Under the pieces are notes generated by a model. It did no database searches. It had not been told where the DNA came from and saw nothing but the letters and a program-made list of their open reading frames with translations. A DNA stretch of 64,000 bases, taken from assembly GCA_045047305.1 (NCBI GenBank), contig JASFYO010000021.1, positions 32,001-96,000 on the forward strand. Reading direction: 5' to 3'. Shown here piece by piece: positions 58,046 through 64,000 of this stretch. The stretch is from Planctomycetota bacterium. GTDB taxonomy: Bacteria; Planctomycetota; UBA1135. The first letter of the stretch is position 1, and every line of letters begins with the position of its first letter. The translations under genes were made by a program, and so were the position numbers.

Positions 58046-58409
58046 GTTCTAGTTGGCCCGATTCCGAGAGTGCTTGGCATTCAATGCAGTAATGCGCATA
58101 AGGAACAACCGCCAAACGCCGTGGAGGAATTATGGCCTTGCACGCCAGGCAGGAACCGAATTCACTATCTTCAATACGTTTTAGGGCTGCGTTCGTGGAT
58201 TTCAAAATTTCTTCCTCATTCTCGATCAGGCCGAGTTGGAAATCACGGGAGTAACCTTCTGCGCTGGCATCGTCACCATCATCTCCCGAACTTACCTCTC
58301 CAAGCAGTACGGAATCCTCCAATCGTTCCAACTTCACGCCGAGTTGACGCAAAATGTTTAGCAGGACTGGACGATATTTGTTCTGTTGGGTCTTTGTGAG
58401 CTTGGGCAT
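58038..58409 (-). CDS. DksA/TraR family C4 zinc-finger protein
   Basis: Coiled coil with a DxxDxA-type tip (DDGDDA); ALKRI...FG.CLAC...RL..VP....CIEC. Confidence 0.9.
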   Translation of the reverse strand: MPKLTKTQQNKYRPVLLNILRQLGVKLERLEDSVLLGEVSSGDDGDDASAEGYSRDFQLGLIENEEEILKSTNAALKRIEDSEFGSCLACKAIIPPRRLAVVPYAHYCIECQALSESGQLELD

Positions 58410-58456
58410 CGCGGTATCTTGAGGGGGTGCTCCCCATTTCGAGGAGGCAGATTCTA

Positions 58457-59401
58457 ATGTCTACGGAATCCACTGGTCAATTCTCTCCATCTCCGATGAA
58501 CGATCGGGTTGCAGAATATCTCGGCAGTCTGGCTGCCGAGGCGGGGTTGGCGGTGCATACGATGGCCGCTTATCGCCGTGATCTAGGTCGTGCTTCGGCC
58601 TTCTTTATGGGGCGTAAAATCAGCGACTGGAAGGACTTAGACTCGACTCACTTGGCCGAGTTCATGGCGGCTGCACGCACGGATGGTCTCGCCCCTGCCA
58701 GCCAGGTCCGACTTCTTTCAAGTTTACGGGGATTCTTCCGCTGGTTGCGCGCAGAAGAAGGCTTGGAGGGCAAAGACCCTACCCGGGTCTCGGGCAAAAT
58801 CCACCTCTGGCACCGCCTTCCAGAAATCCTTACCCCCGAAGAAGCACGCACCTTGCTGGATACCCCCAGTGCAAACACCTGGATAGGACAACGCGACCGA
58901 GCCCTTCTGGCCTTGCTTTACGGTGGCGGTTTACGCGTGAGTGAAGCCATCGGTTTACGTTTGGGGGATTTGCACCTTTCCCGTGGCAAGGACGACGGAC
59001 AGCCCGGATTACTTCAGGTGCGCGGCAAAGGCAATAAGGAGCGCTTAGTGCCTTATGGCGGTGTGGCAAGGGAACGTTTAGAACTGTGGATCAACGGCGA
59101 ACGAACATCTCGAAAGGGTGAATCAAATACTGTGCTGTTATCCAAAAGCGGTAAACCCTTAGATCGCCACCGTGCCTTCCGCATCGTACGCGACCATGCT
59201 GTGGCATGTGGATTGTCCGCGCACATGCATCCCCATATTTTGCGCCATTCCTGCGCCACTCATTTATTACTTGGCGGCGGAGATTTGCGCAGCGTACAAG
59301 AGTTTTTAGGGCATGCCGATTTACGCACAACCGAACGGTATACGCATTTAGAAGTGGAGCAATTGCAGGCTTACCATAAGCTGCACCATCCTCGCGGCTA
59401 A
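58457..59401 (+). CDS. xerD: Tyrosine recombinase, XerD-like
   Basis: AYRRDL, LSSLRGFF, GLRVSE, GKGNKER, HPHILRHS.ATH, VQEFLGH, YTH; GAGGAGG RBS. Confidence 0.88.
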   Translation: MSTESTGQFSPSPMNDRVAEYLGSLAAEAGLAVHTMAAYRRDLGRASAFFMGRKISDWKDLDSTHLAEFMAAARTDGLAPASQVRLLSSLRGFFRWLRAEEGLEGKDPTRVSGKIHLWHRLPEILTPEEARTLLDTPSANTWIGQRDRALLALLYGGGLRVSEAIGLRLGDLHLSRGKDDGQPGLLQVRGKGNKERLVPYGGVARERLELWINGERTSRKGESNTVLLSKSGKPLDRHRAFRIVRDHAVACGLSAHMHPHILRHSCATHLLLGGGDLRSVQEFLGHADLRTTERYTHLEVEQLQAYHKLHHPRG

Positions 59402-59404
59402 CCG

Positions 59405-61213
59405 TTAAGGCAACACATGGCGCAAATGTAGTTGCATGGCGAGAACTAAATCTTCTTGCATGCCTGGAAGTTTGAGTAACTCCTCCATGTTGGCGTCGCG
59501 AATTTTTTGTAAATCGCCGCGGTATGCATCCAATAGGATTTTGCGTTTCGCGGGGCCAATCCCTGGCACATCTTCTAGGACTAAGCGCAAATTTTCTCGT
59601 TTGCGACGGTGGTAGCCAATCGCGAAGCGGTGAGCTTCGTCACGTAAACGCTCGAAGAATAATCGTTCGGGGCTTGCCGGCTCCAAAATGCACGGCGCAT
59701 CATGTTGCGGCAAAAATAGGCGCTCTTCCGCGGCAACCGGACCGCGCCCCTTGCGCGCCTTAGCCAAAGCGATGATCGAAAGTTGTTGGCCCGATGAAAC
59801 TAAACTTTCTAAACCAGCCGAGAGCTGACCGCGGCCCCCATCAAGAACGAGTAAATCGGGCAACCCTTCTTCGTTGGCGCGGGCCAAAACCCGGGCTACG
59901 ACCTCGCGCATGGCTTCGAAATCATCATTGCCGACCCCTCCACCAACCAAGTAGCGGCGATAGGCAGAGCGGGCAGGACGTCCTTCAATAAAACGCACTT
60001 TAGAGGCAACACGTTCTTTCCCTTGCAAATGAGAAATGTCAATGCAGTCGACAATGGAAGGCCGCTCACCGTGGAGGATGTCAGAAATCCGTTGTTCCAC
60101 CACCGGCCAGGGCGCACTGGCGACAGCTCCACTTTGGGCACGGGCATTGCTCTCTGCCATACGTACCAGAGCACGGCGCGCTCCACGTTGAGGGGCTTTA
60201 ATCCGAACCCGCTGTCCAAGACGCCCTCCCAGCCAAGTTTCCAACGCCTCCGCCTCTTCCGGTAAGGCGCCGACTAAAATCTCCGGTACAATTTCAGTGC
60301 CTTCAGGATACAGGGCTACCAAGAGTTGCGAGATCCCAGCAGCAGGGGTTTCTGGAAGCGGTAAAGAACCGCGGCGCGTATGCAGCCATTCCCCATCACG
60401 ATATTGAAGTAAAGCGAAAAAGCCGCGTTCATCAAGGCCAAGTACATCGAAGTCACGTTCGGATTCCAGAAGAACTTTTTGCGGTTCGGCAAGAGATTCC
60501 AATGCACGCATACGGTCGCGCGAACGCATCGCAATCTCATAATTCTGACATTCCGATGCGGCCACCATATGCCTGCGCTCAGACAACAAACGCTCCTGCA
60601 CTTTGCCACGCAGAACTTCGCGAGCGCCCTCAACTGCATGTTGGTAATCCGCTTCACCTACCTGTTTCACACAAGGTGCCGTACACATGCCCATCCCAAG
60701 TTTGAGACAGGCGCGCGAACGATTCGACAAGGTATGGTCGGAACAATCACGTAGTCCAAAAGCGCCTTGCAACAGACGTTTCGCCCTTCTTGCGGATCCG
60801 GCATTGGGGTAAGGCCCAAAGAATTCGCCGTGCTTACCACGCTTTCGAGCTAAACCCAAACGCGGAAACTTATGTTCGGTACTGAGTGAAACAAAGAGGA
60901 AGGATTTGTCATCCTTCAGTAAAATATTCAGCGGAGGCAAATGCAATTTCACCAATCGCTCTTCAAGCAAGATTGCTTCATGCTCATTATCGGTGACGCG
61001 AAACTCCGCCGTCATGGCATCACGCAGAAGCAACTTCATGCGATCGCGTCCGTCGGCACCTTCGCGTCGGTAAACCTGCACGCGTTTTCGCAGATCTAAG
61101 GCTTTGCCCACGTAGAGCACCTTTTCTTTTTCATCGCGAAAAAGATAAACCCCGGGACGCGATGGCGCGGTCATTAAATCTCGTTCAAATCCAGGGTCTG
61201 CGGTGTAACTCAT
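59405..61213 (-). CDS. uvrC: Excinuclease ABC subunit C
   Basis: GIY-YIG (PGVY..YVGKA), Cys cluster, DISH, DGGRGQL, RDEAHRFAI, HhH. Confidence 0.95.
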   Translation of the reverse strand: MSYTADPGFERDLMTAPSRPGVYLFRDEKEKVLYVGKALDLRKRVQVYRREGADGRDRMKLLLRDAMTAEFRVTDNEHEAILLEERLVKLHLPPLNILLKDDKSFLFVSLSTEHKFPRLGLARKRGKHGEFFGPYPNAGSARRAKRLLQGAFGLRDCSDHTLSNRSRACLKLGMGMCTAPCVKQVGEADYQHAVEGAREVLRGKVQERLLSERRHMVAASECQNYEIAMRSRDRMRALESLAEPQKVLLESERDFDVLGLDERGFFALLQYRDGEWLHTRRGSLPLPETPAAGISQLLVALYPEGTEIVPEILVGALPEEAEALETWLGGRLGQRVRIKAPQRGARRALVRMAESNARAQSGAVASAPWPVVEQRISDILHGERPSIVDCIDISHLQGKERVASKVRFIEGRPARSAYRRYLVGGGVGNDDFEAMREVVARVLARANEEGLPDLLVLDGGRGQLSAGLESLVSSGQQLSIIALAKARKGRGPVAAEERLFLPQHDAPCILEPASPERLFFERLRDEAHRFAIGYHRRKRENLRLVLEDVPGIGPAKRKILLDAYRGDLQKIRDANMEELLKLPGMQEDLVLAMQLHLRHVLP

Positions 61214-63198
61214 ACACCTATTTCCAGTTGCGCCATTTCCAAACGACGCACTTCATCACGCAACCGGATTGCAGTCTCAAAATCTAGAGCGGAGGCCGCC
61301 AGAAGCATTTCACGCTGCAACTCTGCCAGACGTTGGGTGATGGCTTTGGCATCCAAACAATCCACCACAGTTTCAGCTTCGCTCTCTCCACGCAGCAAAG
61401 TAGCCAGTGACCCCTGAATCTTTTTGCGAATGGATTGGGGGACGATGCCATGCTTTTTGTTGTGCGCTCTTTGGATCTCGCGCCGTCGGTCGGATTCCTC
61501 TAAGGTTGCGCGTAAAGACTTGGTCATTTTGTCGGCATAAAAGACCACCAGTCCTTCGACGTTGCGCGCAGCACGACCGCATGTTTGAATAAGAGATGTC
61601 GTCGAGCGCAGGAAGCCCTCACGGTCTGCATCAAGTACCAAAACCAAGGAGACTTCGGGCAAATCCAATCCTTCGCGCAGAAGGTTAATGCCTACTAAGA
61701 CGTCGTACACTCCAAGACGTAAGTCGCGCAACAACTCGGAGCGTTCCAATGTTTCAATGTCGGAATGTAAGTAACGCGCACGCACATGGTTTTCCTGCAA
61801 AAACTCGGTTAGGTCCTCTGCACTACGTTTGGTGAGGGTTGTGACCAGAACACGGTTACCTTTTTCTACCACTGGCAGGATGGATGCCAACGCATTCTCC
61901 ACCTGACCAACTGCTGGCCGCACCTCACAGGTGGGATCCAACAACCCCGTTGGGCGTACAATTTGCTCCACTGGTGCTTCCGGCGCCAAGCGACGCTCGC
62001 GATCCCCAGGAGTTGCGGAAACATAAAGTACCCGACCAAGTAATGGCTCGAACTCCATCTCAGCCAAGGGTCGGTTATCAACGGCAGACGGCAAACGGAA
62101 GCCGTAATCCACCAAGTTCTGTTTGCGTGCCGCATCGCCTCGCGACATGCCATAGACCTGAGGCAGGGTGACGTGGCTCTCGTCAAGGATGCACAAAAAG
62201 TCTTTCGGGAAGTAATTGATCAGGGTGAATGGAGGTTGGCCCGAAGCTCGTCCTTCGAAGTGACGGGAATAGTTTTCAATGCCCCCGCAATGGCCAAGCT
62301 CCTCCAAATCTTCAAGATCCGAAAGCGTGCGTCGCTCCAATCGTTCGGCCTCAATATCCTTGCCACTTTTTCGTAGTTCGCGCAAACGCGAATCCATCTC
62401 CTGACGAATCGTCACGATGCCTTCCGGGATTTTGTCTTCTGGTTGCACATAATGCCCAACTGGATAAACCGCTACGGAGGAAGGCTCTTCCATAATTTCT
62501 CCGGTAAGAGGATCCACATAAAGCAGCGCATCGATGCGATCACCGTCTAACTCTACGCGCAAAACACGCTCTTGCTCATGGATCGGCCAAATCTCAATTG
62601 CCGGTCCACGCAGACGGAAACTTCCGGGGCGCAAATCTACTTCGGCACGGGTGTGCTGGGTACGCACTAGGCCTCGTAGCAATTCTTCCCTCTTGACGGC
62701 AGAGCCCTCCACCAATTTCAGCGCGAGCCCTTGGTAGGTTTCAGGATCACCTAATCCATAGATGCAAGAAACGGAGGCCACCACAATGACATCACGCCGG
62801 GTTAGAAGAGATGCGGTTGCGGCATTACGCAGGAGATCGATGCGTTGGTTGATGCGCGCATCCTTCTCGATAAAAGTATCGGAAGAGGGAATATAGGCCT
62901 CGGGCTGGAAATAATCGTAATAGGAGACGAAATATTCCACCGCATTTTGCGGAAAGAGCTCTTTAAACTCTGCATAAAGTTGACTCGCCAAGGTTTTATT
63001 GGGCGCAAGTACCAAAGTGGGTACTTGTAAATTCTGAATCAAGTTTGCAGCTGTGAAGGTCTTGCCCGAACCGGTCACCCCGAGCAAAATACGCCTGGCA
63101 TGAAAGTGCTGGAATATGTCAACTAGGGCTTCGATAGCCTGGGGCTGATCTCCCTTTGGGGAGAATTCAGTAACGAGTTGGAAGGAAGATGTCACCAC
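61210..63198 (-). CDS. uvrB: Excinuclease ABC subunit B
   Basis: GDQP, GVTGSGKT, YYDYFQPEAY, DESH, GINLLREGLDLPEV, UVR tail; GTG start. Confidence 0.98.
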   Translation of the reverse strand: MVTSSFQLVTEFSPKGDQPQAIEALVDIFQHFHARRILLGVTGSGKTFTAANLIQNLQVPTLVLAPNKTLASQLYAEFKELFPQNAVEYFVSYYDYFQPEAYIPSSDTFIEKDARINQRIDLLRNAATASLLTRRDVIVVASVSCIYGLGDPETYQGLALKLVEGSAVKREELLRGLVRTQHTRAEVDLRPGSFRLRGPAIEIWPIHEQERVLRVELDGDRIDALLYVDPLTGEIMEEPSSVAVYPVGHYVQPEDKIPEGIVTIRQEMDSRLRELRKSGKDIEAERLERRTLSDLEDLEELGHCGGIENYSRHFEGRASGQPPFTLINYFPKDFLCILDESHVTLPQVYGMSRGDAARKQNLVDYGFRLPSAVDNRPLAEMEFEPLLGRVLYVSATPGDRERRLAPEAPVEQIVRPTGLLDPTCEVRPAVGQVENALASILPVVEKGNRVLVTTLTKRSAEDLTEFLQENHVRARYLHSDIETLERSELLRDLRLGVYDVLVGINLLREGLDLPEVSLVLVLDADREGFLRSTTSLIQTCGRAARNVEGLVVFYADKMTKSLRATLEESDRRREIQRAHNKKHGIVPQSIRKKIQGSLATLLRGESEAETVVDCLDAKAITQRLAELQREMLLAASALDFETAIRLRDEVRRLEMAQLEIGV

Positions 63199-63278
63199 GG
63201 TGCCTGAGGGAGACTATTCTAGACCCGGCGTCGGCTCCTTCCCTGCCGACCCACCTCCATCCCACGACAGAACCCAAA

Positions 63279-64000
63279 ATGTCTGAACGCATCGGTATTT
63301 GTGAACAGTGTGGCCAAAAATTTGGCGGCATCCCTGACTCGGTTACAGCACTCAAGGTGAAATGCACCGAGTGTGGTGGCGCGGTTGCGATCCCTCCTCT
63401 CCCAGAGGCGCCAGTGGCAGTCACTCCTCCCAGCGTTGAGGTGGAGCCAGCTGCCGCCTCAGCACCCAAACCACCCAATCCAGTAGCTCCTGCTGTTGCC
63501 CCACCTACGAGAAAACCGTTTGCTGCACCCTTAGGTGGAAATAAGCCAAAAGCTAATATCCGTCCTGGTTCGGCCAAACCGGTGGACCGCGATGTGGCGG
63601 CGCCGAAAAAACCGGCCGATCCCAAAATTGTAAAGCCACTGGTGCCGCTGAAGCCTGTGGTGAAGATTGCGAAACCAATAAAGCCCCTAAGGCCGGTTAC
63701 GAAACCCGCCAAGCCCATCCTGCCGCTGAAAAAGCCTGCGGCTCCGATAAAGCCACTGGTTCCAGTAAAACCTATTGCCAAGCCCGCCGCGCCGGTGAAA
63801 CCAGTCCCAAAAGAGACTCCAGCGCCGAAGCCAGTAGCGAAAGTGGTTCCAAAGCCAGCAATTCCTGTGGCTAAAAAGCAACCTGCAGCAGCACCAAAAC
63901 CTGCGGCACCTAAAAAGGTGGTTCCAGTTGCCAAAAAACCAGCTGCCCCAGTGGTAAAACCAGCTGCAGCGCCTGCACTGAAAAAGAAGGAAGTCGCAAA
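63279..64000 (+). CDS. Zinc-ribbon protein with a long Pro/Lys/Ala/Val-rich region (partial, runs off the window; not in the ORF track)
   Basis: Manual translation MSERIGICEQCGQKF...KVKCTECGGAV followed by about 200 aa of KP/AP/VP repeats with no stop to 64000. Confidence 0.85.
   Translation, partial: MSERIGICEQCGQKFGGIPDSVTALKVKCTECGGAVAIPPLPEAPVAVTPPSVEVEPAAASAPKPPNPVAPAVAPPTRKPFAAPLGGNKPKANIRPGSAKPVDRDVAAPKKPADPKIVKPLVPLKPVVKIAKPIKPLRPVTKPAKPILPLKKPAAPIKPLVPVKPIAKPAAPVKPVPKETPAPKPVAKVVPKPAIPVAKKQPAAAPKPAAPKKVVPVAKKPAAPVVKPAAAPALKKKEVA

Noticed and set aside
58457..59401. Phage or island integrase
   Set aside because: Size and motifs are XerD-like; flanked by core genes, with no att repeats, tRNA or cargo
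63167..63934. 255-aa Gly/Phe/Thr-rich minus-strand ORF
   Set aside because: Mirror of the Pro/Lys-rich plus-strand gene, which has the Zn-ribbon start

Overview
A gene-dense bacterial chromosomal segment, most consistent with an uncultured Planctomycetota genome. That assignment is an inference from the TsaC-phosphatase fusion, the Hanks kinase, the Zn-finger/HEAT protein, the orphan prepilin and the DUF4340/Gld-type ABC cassette; waaA and lspA indicate a diderm cell. I call about 57 CDS. Housekeeping genes include holB, tmk, uppP, ald, yggS, purN, dnaK, serS, folD, sucCD, pyk, mdh, mnmA, yajC, ribD, miaB, ahcY, metK, waaA, secA, pyrD, lspA, a DksA/TraR protein, xerD and uvrBC. There is a partial type II secretion cluster (gspDEFGHIJ) and several uncharacterised envelope proteins. 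Two genes are missing from the supplied ORF track: ribosomal protein L34 (37215..37355) and a Zn-ribbon protein with a long Pro/Lys/Ala/Val tail that runs off the right end. I saw no rRNA, tRNA, CRISPR array, IS or prophage. The most notable leads are: (1) a sensor-less histidine kinase and a sigma-54 activator directly upstream of a lone dnaK that has a consensus -24/-12 promoter and an adjacent inverted repeat; (2) a TatA with a signal-peptide/lipobox-like N-terminal extension in a tatA-mobA-polyprenyl synthase operon, near a rhomboid protease; (3) a two-state RNA structure directly in front of secA; (4) an unannotated lipoprotein with an HExxH gluzincin-like motif; (5) an H1-like basic Zn-ribbon protein divergent from uvrBC. 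All functional calls come from motif recognition by eye; no searches were run.
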